A DNA stretch of 41,125 bases from positions 1 to 41,125 of the forward strand of contig NW_025215380.1 in assembly GCF_004010195.1 (NCBI RefSeq), given 5' to 3'. The notes below the pieces were generated by a model. It was not told where the DNA came from, did not search any database, and saw nothing but the letters and a program-made list of their open reading frames with translations. Positions 11,471 through 23,384 of this stretch are shown in pieces. The DNA is from Chiloscyllium plagiosum. Lineage: Eukaryota. Position numbers and translations under genes: made by a program. Position 1 is the first letter of the stretch, and every line of letters begins with the position of its first letter.

Positions 11471-12104
11471 CTAAAACGATGTACTTACCGTGCTGGTGGG
11501 CAAGGATACCTGGATGCTCCCAGTGCTGCACTGAGGCAGCTGGAAGACTGACCATCCTTCACAGGAGGCATTCCAGCTGCCAGCTACAATCAGCGGAAAA
11601 TAAATCCTCTTGAAGATTGGCAGAGGTTAATTCTTGCCTGAGGTTCCTGCACCAAGTCCTTTGTTAACATCCGGTGGATTGCATTAGTTTGTCACTGTCT
11701 TTAAGATGAGGAGGAACACTTGGTGGCTGTTAGTAGTTAGAGTAAATATATCAGGGAGCATCTGTGACACGGACTGAGAGGTGTTGAGACTGAGGAGTCC
11801 ATAAACTCTCCATGAGCAGAAAGGTACATGTGCCTCGATTCCAGTCTCCCCAGTGAGCTTGGAATCTAATAACGTACCTCACCCCTCATTGCAGAAAGAG
11901 CTGAGGGTCCTTTATCCTGCGGGATCTTGTAGGGACACTAATTGCTGGTTTATTTCCTCCAGCAATGGCTGCAAATCAACACTCGATAGGCTGCAAAATG
12001 CTGATCATCTACGTAAAGTTTCGAAAGGTGTTAGGAGCAAGAGAGGAATCAGCACATGTCAATCATTGACTTTAATCCCATTCCACCATTCAGTAAGACC
12101 ATAT

Positions 12105-12857
12105 GACTCTAGGATCACCCCAACTCCAGGATATCTCTGCAGGAGTCCCTCAGGGTAGTGTCCAAGGCCTAACCATTTTCAGCTCCTTCATCAGTGACCG
12201 CCCCTCCATCATAAGGTCAGAAGTGGGGATGTTCACCAAGGTTCACACAGTGTTCAGCACCATTCATCACTCCTCAGATACTGAAGCAGTCCGGGTCCAA
12301 ATGCAACAAGAGCTGGACAATATCCAGGCTTGGGCTGACCAGTAACAAGTAAATAGCAACTAGATATCAGGCCATGACTGTCTCTATTACGAATCCAATC
12401 TGACCACCAGCCCTTGACATTCAATGGCCTTATCATTTCTGAATCCCCCACTATCAACATCCTGGGTATTACCATTGACCAGAAACTCAAATGGACTCAC
12501 CATGTAAATACAAGAGCAAGTCAGGGGCTGGGAATCCTGCGGTGAGTAACTCCCCTCCTGACTCCCCCCAAAACCTGTCCCACCATCTGCACAAGTCAGG
12601 AGGGTGAGGGAATACTCCCCACTTTCCCCGGATGGGGGCAGCTCCAACAGCACTCAAGAAGCTCAACACCATCCAGGAACAAAGCAGCCCCCGCTTGATT
12701 GGCACCACATCCACAAACATCCCCTCCCTCCACCTCCCCCGACACTCAGTAACAGCAGTGTGTACCATCTACAAGGTACCCTGCAGAAACTCCCCAAACA
12801 TCCCCTCCCTCCACCCCCCGACACTCAGTAGCAGCAGTGTGTACCAGCTACAAGGAA
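12105..12857 (+). mobile_element. L2/CR1-clade LINE ORF2 fragment (second family) with two 79-bp units
   Basis: AGVPQGSVQGLTIFSSFISD (RT motif); EYSPL..AAPTALKKLNTIQ. Confidence 0.85.
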
Positions 12858-13155
12858 ATCCTAGAATTCCTCGAGTAATGATTGGGTACATTCAAGACAG
12901 TAAATGTTTAGATACCAGAGGCTTTTGGTGATCTGGGGGTAGTAGGAGGTTGGGATTGAAGTTGGAGTTTTGTATGCTCCCACTGAAGCGGAAGGTGAGG
13001 TGGTGACGGTTGGAATATCCAACTCCTGCTCTCGGGGTTTGATTGACGGAACATTGGGAAGGGCGGAGCTTGCAGGACGCCTGGCTTGGCAAGGGGCTGA
13101 ATGGCTACTGTCTGTGCTGTAAATTGGCTGTCGTTGTGTTTCTCCCACCCTGTAG

Positions 13156-13311
13156 GATGCATCACGAGGGAGCCTGATTGATGGCTGGGTTCTGAGCCGT
13201 CTGAGCCATGCGGTGGAGCTGTGTAACACTGGCTTTGGGCTGTATGACTTCCCGGCTGTAACCACAGCTGTCTACAACTTCTGGCTGTATGAGCTGTGCG
13301 ACGTTTACCTG
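13156..13311 (+). CDS. VARS1: ValRS anticodon-binding domain exon: [52 protein letters not shown]
   Basis: ccctgtag|GAT ... CTG|gtgagc; 156 nt; conserved [11 protein letters not shown]. Confidence 0.96.
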
Positions 13312-13868
13312 GTGAGCCCACTATGACCCCAATGCTGTGTCGCACCGTCTGCCAAGGTCGTATTCGAGTTTTCCCAAGCGGACAGTCCATGCTGGCTCTC
13401 AGGAAAGCAGTCCACTCTGGCGAGTTTCCTCTACCCAGCCACACATCGCAGCTACCTATGACTAATCAATGGGGGACTCTCGACGTGAGTCCTGCAGGCT
13501 GCAGTTTCCCTGTATTGCCCATACCCACCTGCAGTCCTGGCTAGCTCCACTGCTCTGTCTACAGCCGATATATTTCCAAGTCGGGATGGGGAGGGCTCGG
13601 AGGAGAACTTGCAGGGGGTGGTATTCCCATGTATATGCTATCCTTGGCTGTCAGGGACTCTGTCTGGTGTTGTTTGGGTGTGAGGGCTATGAGGAAAGTG
13701 AGGACTGCAGATACTGGAGAGCAGCGTGCTTTGCCTGAGGGAAGGCCATTGGCAATAGGTAATGCTGGGACTTGCTGTCAATCGCGACTTTCCCTGGAAT
13801 GCTGAGTGAATGGCGAGTCAATGTCCCTTCTCTGTCTGCTCCGCCAAACTCCCATCCCGCCCCGTCAG

Positions 13869-14075
13869 GAATGCCTGAAGCCTGTGTTTGTTGGAACCGA
13901 TGAGGAAGCAGTGAGCGTGGCCCAGAACGTGCTGTACACCTGCCTGGACACAGGCCTTCGACTCCTCAGCCCTTTCATGCCCTTCGTAACCGAGGAACTG
14001 TACCAGAGGTTACCACGGCGATCGGCTCAGGACCCTCCGAGCATTAGTGTGACTCCATACCCGGAATCTGAAGAG
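13869..14075 (+). CDS. VARS1: ValRS exon: ECLKPVFVG...[30 protein letters not shown]...PYPESEE
   Basis: cccgtcag|GAA ... GAG|gtacgt; 207 nt; conserved [13 protein letters not shown]. Confidence 0.97.
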
Positions 14076-14574
14076 GTACGTGAGTCTGTATGTGTGTGTG
14101 TGAGTCTGTACCTGCCTGTGTCTGACTGTACTTCTGTGTGTGTGTGTCTCTGTCTGACTGTGTGCGTGTGAGCGTGCGCGCGCGCGTGTCTGCCTTGATG
14201 CCTTTCTGTCACTCTTCACCTCTGACCCTTCTTTCTTCATCTGTTGCTCTCTGTCCGTCTCTCTTTCTGTCTGTATGTGTCTCTCTGCCTGTCTTTCTGC
14301 ACATTTCTCTGTCTCTCAGCCCATCTCTCTCTATTTGCTTCTGTCTCTGAATGTCCTGCCTGTAGGAATTTATTTGGAGAAGCTCGACAAGGTCATTCTG
14401 CCTTTAAATTCCACGGTACAGCCTGATTGTGAATGATGTACAAGCAAAATGAACACTAAAACCAAGCGATATACAGTATTGTGGGAGATCAGGAAGGTTG
14501 GAGGAGCTGGGGAAGAGGTGAATGGCTGTAAGGGAGGTGTAAGTTTGATTCCTGGAACAGTGAAGATTGGTTAG

Positions 14575-15600
14575 TTTTTTTTCCTAATTTGTTCAGTGAA
14601 TGTGGGTGTCATTGGCTGGATGCTGCATTTACTGCCCTGTCCCTAGTTGCCCCCTTGAGAAGGTGGGGGTGAGCTGCATTTACTGCCCTGTCCCTAGTTG
14701 CCCCCTTGAGAAGGTGGGGGTGAGCTGCATTTATTGCCCCTGTCCTTAGTTGCCCCCCTTGAGAAGGTGGGGGTGAGCTGCATTTACTGCTCCTGTCCCT
14801 AGTTGCCCCCCCTTGAGAAGGTGGGGGTGAGCTGCATTTACTGCCCCTGTCCCTAGTTGCCCTCCTTGAGAAGGTGGGGGTGAGCTGCATTTACTGCCCC
14901 TGTCCCTCGTTGCCCCCCTTGAGAAGGTGGGGGGTGAGCTGCATTTACTGCCCCCGTCCCTAGTTGCCCCCCCTTGAGAAGGTGGGGGTGAGCTGCCTTC
15001 TTGAACCGCTGCAGTCCATGTGCTGTGGGTAGACCCACAATGTCCCTTAGGGAGGGATTTCCAGGATTGGGACCCAGCCACACTGAAGGAACGGCCGATA
15101 TATTTCCAAGTCGGGATAGGGAGGGGCTCGGAGGGGAACTTGCAGGGGGTGGGGTTCCCATGGACCTGCTGCCCCTTGTCCTTCTGGATGGAAGTGGCCG
15201 TGGGTTTGGAAGGTGCTGCCTGAGGATCTTTGGTGAGTTTCAGCAGGGTATCTTGTAGATGGTACACATTGCTGTTACTGAGCGTCGGGGGGTGGAGGGA
15301 GGGGATGTTTGGGGAGTTTCTGCAGGGTATCTTGTAGATGGTACACACTGCTGTTACTGAGCGTCGGGGGGTGGAGGGAGGGGATGTTTGTGGGTGTGGT
15401 GTCAATCAAGCGGGGGCTGCTTTGTCCCTGGATGGTGTTGAGCTTCTTGAGTGTTGTTGGAGCCCCCCCCCAATCTTGGGAAAGTGGGGAGTATTCCCTC
15501 ACCCTCCAGCCTTGTGCCTTGTAGTTGGTGGGATCAGTTTTGGGAAGTCAGGAGGGGAGTTACTCACTGCAGTATTCCTAGCCTCTGACCCTGCTGTTGT
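14575..15600 (-). mobile_element. Second-family LINE 3' fragment with a 7-copy 51-54-bp tandem repeat in its tail (14622-14992)
   Basis: gctgcatttactgcccctgtccctagttgcccccttgagaaggtgggggtga at 14622, 14673, 14724, 14777, 14831, 14884 and 14938. Confidence 0.88.
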
Positions 15601-15640
15601 AGCAATAGTATTTTCACATGGTGATTTCTATTCCCTGCTC

Positions 15641-15980
15641 AGGGGAAGATGATGGCCTAATGGTATTATCGCTGGACTCTGAACCCAGGACCCAGGTCAT
15701 GTTCTGGGGACCTGGGTTTGAATCCCGCCCCAGCAGATGGTGGAATTTGTATTCAATAAATCTCTGAAGTTAAGAGTCTAATCATAACTAGGAATCTATT
15801 GTCGGAAAAACTCACCTGGTTCACTAATGTCCTTCAGGGAAGGAAACTGTTGTCCTTACCTGGTCTGACCCACACGTGACTCCAGACCCACAGCAACGTG
15901 GGTAACTCTTAACTGCCCTCTGGGCAATTAGGGATGGGCAATAAACACTGGCCTGGCCAGTGACACCCTATTTAAAAAAA
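15641..15980 (+). mobile_element. tRNA-derived SINE (second family) with a 3' tail shared with the second LINE family
   Basis: A-box-like tggcctaatgg, B-box-like gggtttgaatcc, tail ggcaattagggatgggcaataaa; second copy at 29028-29352. Confidence 0.78.
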
Positions 15981-16261
15981 CTGAGGTGAGTCCAGTTGAG
16001 TTTCTGGTCACTTGTTGTTGGGACGGGGGGGGTTTAGTGATATCAGTGAATCTCCAAAGTCACCGGCTGTCAGTAATATTGCCGGGAACGTTACTGAGGG
16101 TGCAGAAAGGGTTCATTGAGCTGGGGTGACATTTGGGCAGTTTTGGGGGGGTGCGGAGTTTGGACCTTTGGAGCCAGAGATCAGAGTGAGTGAGAAAGGT
16201 CCAACTGAGCCTTGAGATTCCTTCTGAGCAGCGTTGTGATGAGCTGCCTGTCTTTCTGCAG

Positions 16262-16373
16262 TACTGTTGGAGGAACGAGGAGCTGGACCGCACTGTGGAG
16301 TTTGTCATGACCATTATCCGCGCCATCCGATCCCTCCGTGCAGACTACAACCTTACCAAGACTAAAGCTGATT
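16262..16373 (+). CDS. VARS1: ValRS exon: YCWRNEELDRTVEFVMTIIRAIRSLRADYNLTKTKAD(C)
   Basis: tttctgcag|TAC ... GATT|gtaagt; 112 nt, ends phase 1; conserved RSLRADYNLT. Confidence 0.96.
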
Positions 16374-16429
16374 GTAAGTTGACTCGCTTCCCTGTTGCTT
16401 CCCCTACCCACTGGATCCGTGATAAAGCA

Positions 16430-16700
16430 CAGTCAGAGAATCCCTGCAGTGCAGAAAGTGGCCATTTGGCCCATCAAGTCTACACTGCACTGACCCTCTC
16501 ATCCAGACTCATGCCACCCCTGACACCCCACATGGATGTTTAGCACAGCCAATCCACCCTAACCTGCACATCTTTAGACTGTGGGAGGAAACCGGAGCAC
16601 CCCAAGGAAACCTGTGCAAACTCCACATAGTTGCCCGAGGGTGGGATCGAACTTGGGTCCCTGGCACTGTGAGACAGCAGTGCCAGCCACTGTGCCACCC
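16430..16700 (-). mobile_element. HE1/V-SINE-like element
   Basis: Reverse complement of the tRNA head and central domain (ccaatccaccctaacctgcacatctttagactgtgggaggaaaccggagcaccc). Confidence 0.82.
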
Positions 16701-17024
16701 AGTTTTGCCAGCCCCTGGCCCCGTTCTAGATTTTTCCACCAGGGGAAAAAATCCTTTCCACGTGCTCCCTGTCAAGACCCCTCACCGGGATCTTCCTTAC
16801 CCATTTGATCCAACACATCGCTGATCATTGCCTCAGCCGGGCTCTCTGTGGGAGCAAGTTGCACATTTAAACCACCCTCCCAGTCAGAAACGGGTTTCTC
16901 CTGAGCTGCTGCTTGACTCGATGAGCAACTTCCTTTGTTGAGGGAGGGGATCTTGCGCACAAGTGAGCCGCTGCATTTCCCGAAGTACAGCGGGTCACAG
17001 CGCTCCATAAAATTCTCCAGTAAA

Positions 17025-17298
17025 ACCCAGGATGCTGGGAATCTCAAAACAAAGGCAGAGAGGATTGCTGGAGGAACTCAGCAGGTCTGGCAGGTTCTTT
17101 GGAGAGCGAAAGCAGAGTTAACGTTTTGGCTCCCGTGCGACTTTTCCTTGGAATGTCTTCGGATCAGCACTGCTAGAGAAGAGTCGCTTTGGACTGGGAG
17201 CGTTGACTGTGTTTCTCTCTCTCACTCTCTCTCCATAGATGCTCCCAGACCTGCTGAGTCTCTCCAGCCACTCTCATTGTGTTTGTTTGTGATTTAAG
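17025..17298. mobile_element. Degenerate inverted pair of Penelope-like terminal fragments
   Basis: gctggaggaactcagcaggtctgg (about 17068) against ccagacctgctgagtctctccagc (about 17246). Confidence 0.55.
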
Positions 17299-17414
17299 AT
17301 CCTCCCTTTCACCATGAGGTATGTTCAGGGGGTGGTTGAGACAGACTCCGTATTGATGCCCAGTTCTTTGTTCTGCCAAGGTGCCCATTTCCTTGTGTGA
17401 CCCTTTGCCCGCAG

Positions 17415-17587
17415 GTTACCTCTCGTGTTCGGATGAGGGCACAGCTGCCCAGCTGAACCCATTCTCCTCCTACATCCAGACGTTGTCCTCTTCCAAGTCG
17501 GTGACCTTCCTGGTGAACGAGGAGTGCCCAGACGGATGTGCCATGGTCATCGCTTCGGACCGCTGCACTGTCCACCTCATGCTGAAG
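17415..17587 (+). CDS. VARS1: ValRS exon: (C)YLSCSDEGTAAQLNPFSSYIQTLSSSKSVTFLVNEECPDGCAMVIASDRCTVHLMLK
   Basis: gcccgcag|GT ... AAG|gtaggt; 173 nt, phase 1 to phase 0. Confidence 0.95.
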
Positions 17588-18378
17588 GTAGGTACCAGGG
17601 AGGGGAGTGCCATCTGACAGTGTGTGTCTCTGTCTGTGTGTCTCTGTCTGTGTGTCTCTGTGTGTGTGTCTCTGTGTGTGTGTCTCTGTGTGTGTGTCTC
17701 TGTGTGTGTGCCTGACTCTGTGTCTGTGTGTGTCTGACTCTATGTGTGTCTGTGTGTGTGAGAGAGAGAGACACCTGCCGTGTGCCCACACCTCTCACTG
17801 AATCTGCCCCTGAGTAACTTCCCCCTTCCCTCACTGACGTGCGCAGGTATAGCCTTTACAAGAAGGAATTCACTTTTTTTGGTTAATTTTTAAGACTGCT
17901 TTATCAGCTGATCAAATCAAACCACAGCATGTTCTGGGCTCTTCGTTCATCTGGACTGACAAGGAACAGCAGCTGGCCACTCGGCCCTTCCAGCCTGCTC
18001 GCCCACTCTGTGAGATCATGGTTGACCTGATGTTAACCTTGCCTCTCCATTCCTGCCCATCGCCGATAATCCTCCATCCCGTTGGTCATCAAGACTCCAT
18101 CTCCCTCACCCTCAAAAATCTGTAAAGATCCTGCACCCACTGGAAAGGGAATTCCCAAGACCCGGAACTCTTTGAGAGAAGGAAATGTTCCTTGTTTAAC
18201 GATCACTGTGAGCTTCTAACAAATCCTCCCTCCTCCTCGCTTTGGGTCAGCGTGTTTTCTCCGATTGTCCTGCTCTCCCCAGTCACCCTCTCCGCTCTCC
18301 CGTGCTGTCGTGTTGCCGGGGCAATGACACGGTGAGAGTTTGGTTGACCGACCGGTTTCTGACCTGCCTGTTTGCCAG

Positions 18379-18528
18379 GGGCTGATCGATGCTGAGAAGG
18401 AGGTCACCAAGCTCCGGGCGAAGCAAGCCGACGTTCAGAAGCAGTTTGCGAAGCTCAGGGAGAAAATATCCAAAGCTGATTACAGCACCAAAGTGCCTCA
18501 GAAAATCCAGGAGCTGGATGCAGAGAAG
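18379..18528 (+). CDS. VARS1: ValRS C-terminal coiled-coil exon: GLIDAEKEVTKLRAKQ...YSTKVPQKIQELDAEK
   Basis: tttgccag|GGG ... AAG|gtaagg; 150 nt. Confidence 0.96.
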
Positions 18529-18699
18529 GTAAGGGCCGAGTGGAGATTGGTCTGATCGGAGTGATGTCCCCAGGCATCGTGGGTGAAATGGACCAGGTTC
18601 TGTAGAAGCTGATTGGGGTTACCCTTATGTTAAAGCTGATCCCTGGCTAGACTGATAGAGCACCCCATTTCTATCCTCTGTCCCTCTGGAATGCCTCAG

Positions 18700-19600
18700 T
18701 TGAACCTGCCTCCCCCCCTCCATTCCCAGGCAGTACATTCCACACCCTCACTACCCACTGGGTGAGAAACTCTCTCCCTCACTTCACCCTCCCTCCATTT
18801 GTACATCCCTTTAAATCTATCCCCCTCTCGTTCCCGTTCCTTTTCCGAGTGGGAACAGCTTCTCCCTCTCTCCTCTGTCCAGCCCCCTCCCCACTCAGGA
18901 TTTTGAAAACCTCTCTCAGATCTCCCTCTCCGAGGCGCCTTCTGTCTCAGAGAGAACATTCCCAACCTCTTCAATCTCTCCTCATCGCTGACCTTTCCCC
19001 ATCCCTGGATCCGTTCTTGTAAATCGCTCCTGCCCTCTCTTCGACGCGTTCTCCATCTTTCCGATAATGTGGGGCCCACACCTGGACACAGTACTCCAGC
19101 TGGGGTCTAACAAGGGGCTGGGACACGTTCAGCATCAGCCCCTTGCTCTTGGACTCTGTGCCCCTGTTAATAAACCCGAGGACACTGTGTGCTTTATTCA
19201 CTCTCCCTCCACCTGTCCCACCACCTTCAATGATCGGTGCACATTTACCCCCAGCTCCCCCTGCTCCTGTCCCACTCTTTTTAATATTGCCCCCCTTTCC
19301 CATTTTATATTGTCTATCAATGTCCTCCCCACCAAAGTGTAACCCCTCCCCCTTCTCTGCATTGAACACCATCTACTCCCTCTTCCCCCAACTTGTCAAC
19401 GTCCTTTCAGAGTTACGCACTGACCCCCCATTTACAGTTTACAATTCTCCTGAGTCTGGTGTCATCTGCAAACTTGGAAATTGGCCCCTGCTCAGCAAGA
19501 TCCCGATCATTAATAAATATCAGGACAAGCCCTGGGGAAGACCACTTGAAACCTTCCTCCAGCCTGAACAATATCCAATAGCCATTACTCTCTGTTAGCC
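18700..19600 (-). mobile_element. Degenerate CR1-type LINE fragment
   Basis: MVFNAEKGEGLHFG...LVRPQLEYCVQVWAPHYRKD. Confidence 0.85.
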
Positions 19601-19903
19601 GTCACTCGCACGGTCTCGTATCCACAGGGTCCCAGTCCGTTTTATTCTGTGACTGATAATGTTCCTGACAAAAGGGACAAGAGCAGCAAATACATGGGAA
19701 TACCAAAGTCCGCTCCCAAATCCAGAAGTGCAAAGGATGGAGTTCTTCCCTCCATTTTTGACAGTGAGGAAGGATGTGGCAGGTGAGGAAGGATGTGTCA
19801 GGTTACAGCGGGATATAGATAAGTTGCAGAGCTGGGTAGAAAGGTGGCAAATGAAGTTCAATGTAGGTAAGTGTGAGGTGATTCACTTTGGTAAGAGTAA
19901 CAA

Positions 19904-20195
19904 NNNNNNNNNNNNNNNNNNNNNNNNNNNNNNNNNNNNNNNNNNNNNNNNNNNNNNNNNNNNNNNNNNNNNNNNNNNNNNNNNNNNNNNNNNNNNNNNN
20001 NNNNNNNNNNNNNNNNNNNNNNNNNNNNNNNNNNNNNNNNNNNNNNNNNNNNNNNNNNNNNNNNNNNNNNNNNNNNNNNNNNNNNNNNNNNNNNNNNNNN
20101 NNNNNNNNNNNNNNNNNNNNNNNNNNNNNNNNNNNNNNNNNNNNNNNNNNNNNNNNNNNNNNNNNNNNNNNNNNNNNNNNNNNNNNNNNNNNNNN
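19904..20195. other. Assembly gap (292 N)
   Basis: Run of N. Confidence 1.
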
Positions 20196-20664
20196 GGGAG
20201 TTGGAAATGCGATAGGTGGAAGAAGGTTAAGGTGAGGGTGATAGGCCGGAGTGAGGGTGGAGCCGGGGGGGGGAGAGAGAGGTCAGGAAGAAGATTGCAG
20301 GTTAGGAAGACGGTGCTGTCAGCGAGTCGTGAGTTCATGGAATGCCCTGCCAGTAGCAGTGGTGGACTCTCCCTCATTATGGGCATTTAAGCGGGCATTG
20401 GATAGGCATATGGAGGATAGTGGGCTAGTGTCGGTTAGGTGGGCTTGGATCGGCGCAACATCGAGGGCCAAAGGGCCTGTACTGCGCTGTATTCTTCTAT
20501 GTTCTATGTTCTATTTCTGAAGGTGGTGGTTCCAGTGAGCTGGGCCAGACTGCATTCCTTGCCCATCCCTAACTGTTCTGGTGTCGGTGAGCTGCCTTCT
20601 TGAACCACTGCAGTCCACGTGTTGCAGGTAGATCCACACTGTCCCTTAGAGAGGGAAGTCCAGG

Positions 20665-21411
20665 GTACCATCTACAAGGTACCCTGCAGAAACTCACCAA
20701 ACATCCCCTCCCTCCACCCCCCGACGCTCAGTAACAGCAGTGTGTACCATCTACAAGGTACCCTGCATAAACTCCCCAAACATCCCCTCCCTCCACCCCC
20801 CGACGCTCAGTAACAGCAGTGTGTACCATCTACAAGGTACCCTGCATAAACTCCCCAAACATCCCCTCCCTCCACCCCCCGACGCTCAGTAACAGCAGTG
20901 TGTACCATCTACAAGGTACCCTGCATAAACTCCCCAAACATCCCCTCCCTCCACCCCCCGACGCTCAGTAACAGCAGTGTGTACCATCTACAAGGTACCC
21001 TGCATAAACTCCCCAAACATCCCCTCCCTCCACCCCCCGACGCTCAGTAACAGCAGTGTGTACCATCTACAAGGTACCCTGCATAAACTCCCCAAACATC
21101 CCCTCCCTCCACCCCCCGACGCTCAGTAACAGCAGTGTGTACCATCTACAAGGAACCCTGCAGAGATTCACCAAAGACCCTCAGACAGCACCTTCCAAAC
21201 CCACAGCCACTTCCACCCAGAAGGACAAGGGGCAGCAGATCCATGGGAACCCCACCCCCTGCAAGTTCCCCTCCGAGCCCCTCCCCATCCCGACTTGGAA
21301 GCATATTGGCCGTTCCTTCAGTGTGGCTGGGTCCCAATCCTGGAATTCCCTCCCTAAGGGACATTGTGGGTCTACCCTCAGCACATGGACTGCAGCGGTT
21401 CAAGAAGGTGG
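20665..21411 (+). repeat. 79-bp tandem array (6 full units plus a 7th start) running into the 3' end of the second LINE family
   Basis: gtaccatctacaagg at 20665, 20744, 20823, 20902, 20981, 21060 and 21139. Confidence 0.95.
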
Positions 21412-21920
21412 CCAAGAGATTTAACTGAAAGGCTCCAAATTGTGAGAGGGCGATGGCGAGAAACTGTTCCCTTTGGATGAACGGTTGAGCTGGAGACGAT
21501 GAGGGAGAGTTTGTTTGCGTGTATTAAGATGTAGGTGCAGAAGCCATTCAGACCATCGAGTCTGCTGCTCCAATCAGTCATGTCGTGGCTGGTCTGATCA
21601 TCCTGATCCCCCCCACCCCGTGCTCCAGGCTGTGGGTATCCCACCCTCAGCAGCCGCTGGGTGAGAATGGTTTCCCCACTCCCTGTTCGCCAGATGCCTT
21701 TCTGAAATAGAGTCCACCCCACGGCCCCCTTCCTTGCCTTCACTAGGTCACGGACGGTTTCGCTGCTGTTTTCCTTGATACCCCGCTTCACCTCCCATCA
21801 CTCCCCACTCTCACTCTCACGCTCTCTCTGACCCGCGCACACACACCCCGCGCGCACATCCCGCGCGCACACCCCGCCCGCACACCCTGCACGCACACCC
21901 CACGCACACCCCACGCACAC

Positions 21921-21993
21921 NNNNNNNNNNNNNNNNNNNNNNNNNNNNNNNNNNNNNNNNNNNNNNNNNNNNNNNNNNNNNNNNNNNNNNNNN
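21921..21993. other. Assembly gap (73 N) next to a CA/CG-rich simple repeat
   Basis: Run of N. Confidence 1.
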
Positions 21994-22034
21994 CTCCGTG
22001 CCCAGTGCTTATCTGCTCTGTTTTGTTTTCCCAG

Positions 22035-22103
22035 TTGAAGCAGATGGAGACGGAATTGCAGAAGGTGGAAGAAGGGATCAGGAATTTTGAGAAGATGATC
22101 TGA
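22035..22103 (+). CDS. VARS1: ValRS terminal coding exon: LKQMETELQKVEEGIRNFEKMI*
   Basis: ttttcccag|TTG ... TGA; the C-terminus resembles cytoplasmic VARS1 as I recall it (..FQKML), not VARS2. Confidence 0.94.
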   Translation: MKQMETELQKVEEGIRNFEKMI

Positions 22104-23162
22104 CAGGCTTTCGGGTTCCACCTCGCTCCCCGCAGCCCGTGTGAGAGATGGCGAGAGGGGGTGCTGCTGTCGGACCCTAACTGTGGCGGGGGGGGGGGGT
22201 TAGGGGGTGGTGGGAGGGTGGTGGGTAGGCTGGTTATTGGATGGTGTGTGACCTCGCGATACGGTGGATCCTTACCACTCCTCATCCGGGGTGGGGGAGT
22301 GCCCTACTCCGAACTGGGAATTTCTGCTCCACTGTTCCCATTCCACCCCTCTCTCCCACCCCAACCACCAGCACTCCTGGGCTGAAGCAGATGGGGCAGC
22401 ATTTTGGCCTGAGCTTACCAGCCTGAGATCTCAAAGCTGCTGAGGCACAGAGACGGGGTGCACTGTTATTGTGAGGACAGCAATGTTGGAGTTTGGGGCT
22501 GATGGTCGAACCTAGTGGAGGAAATCCTCCACACGGGTAAGTGACTGCCTGAACTGGGGCCCTGGAGATATTGCCTGCTGGAGGAAACCCACAGGTCAGT
22601 CCCAGATCTGTCCAACAGGTAAAAATCGGCTAAACCTGACCTCATTTTGCCTCTTGTGCTCCCCCTTCTCACTGGAGGCCTGGCCCTGAGTTTTGGATTT
22701 CTGTCTCTTGGGGATATGGGGGGCTCAGGAAAGGGACAAGGTGAAGGGAAAGATGGGAACAAAGAACAAGGGGGGGGGTCGATGTTGAGGTTAACCCCCA
22801 GGTTAATGGGGTGGGGTGGGGAGAGGTAATTAGATCACTTCCTAACTCACTGAACCGCTACCCTACATGGAGACACGGCAAGGGAATATTTGGGGAGTGT
22901 CTCCCCTGTTGGAGCTGTTACATGTTTCAGGTCTGTTTCAGTCACACACACACACACACTTTCAGGGACAGTCAGGTCTGTGTGGGACTGCACAGAAGTT
23001 ACAAACTTGTTTCCACCCCACTTTATCACCGACCTTTCCTCCTCCCTCCCTCTCCTGCGATCGGTATGCGTTGATGCTCAAACGCATCTGTCCTTTGTTG
23101 TCTCTCTCTCTCCGTCTCGGTTCTGTTTACTGCGTTCTCCAGCTGTCAGATAATGGTGTTTC

Positions 23163-23168
23163 AATAAA
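23163..23168 (+). promoter_or_regulatory. Probable polyadenylation signal of VARS1 (3' UTR about 1.07 kb)
   Basis: AATAAA followed by T/GT-rich sequence (ttgtcatctttttatgggttt); retroelements resume just downstream. Confidence 0.7.
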
Positions 23169-23384
23169 GGTTGACTGTTTCATTAAGAACACTTGTCATC
23201 TTTTTATGGGTTTATAGCTGATATTAGCGGGGGAGGGTGGTGGAAAGGACAGTGTCTGACCCACTGTCCCACCCAGTCCAGGTGGTGGGCAAGAACATTA
23301 GTATGTTAAGATTTTTATTCATTCATTGGATGAGGGCCAGGCCAGCATGTCATACCCATCCCTAATTACCAAGGGGGCATTTAG

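Noticed and set aside
19659..20390. Long ORFs spanning N runs (also 21788-22285)
   Set aside because: Artefacts of translating through assembly gaps
62..22103. Assignment as mitochondrial VARS2
   Set aside because: The peptide, especially the C-terminal exons, follows cytoplasmic VARS1 as I recall it; a reciprocal BLASTP would confirm
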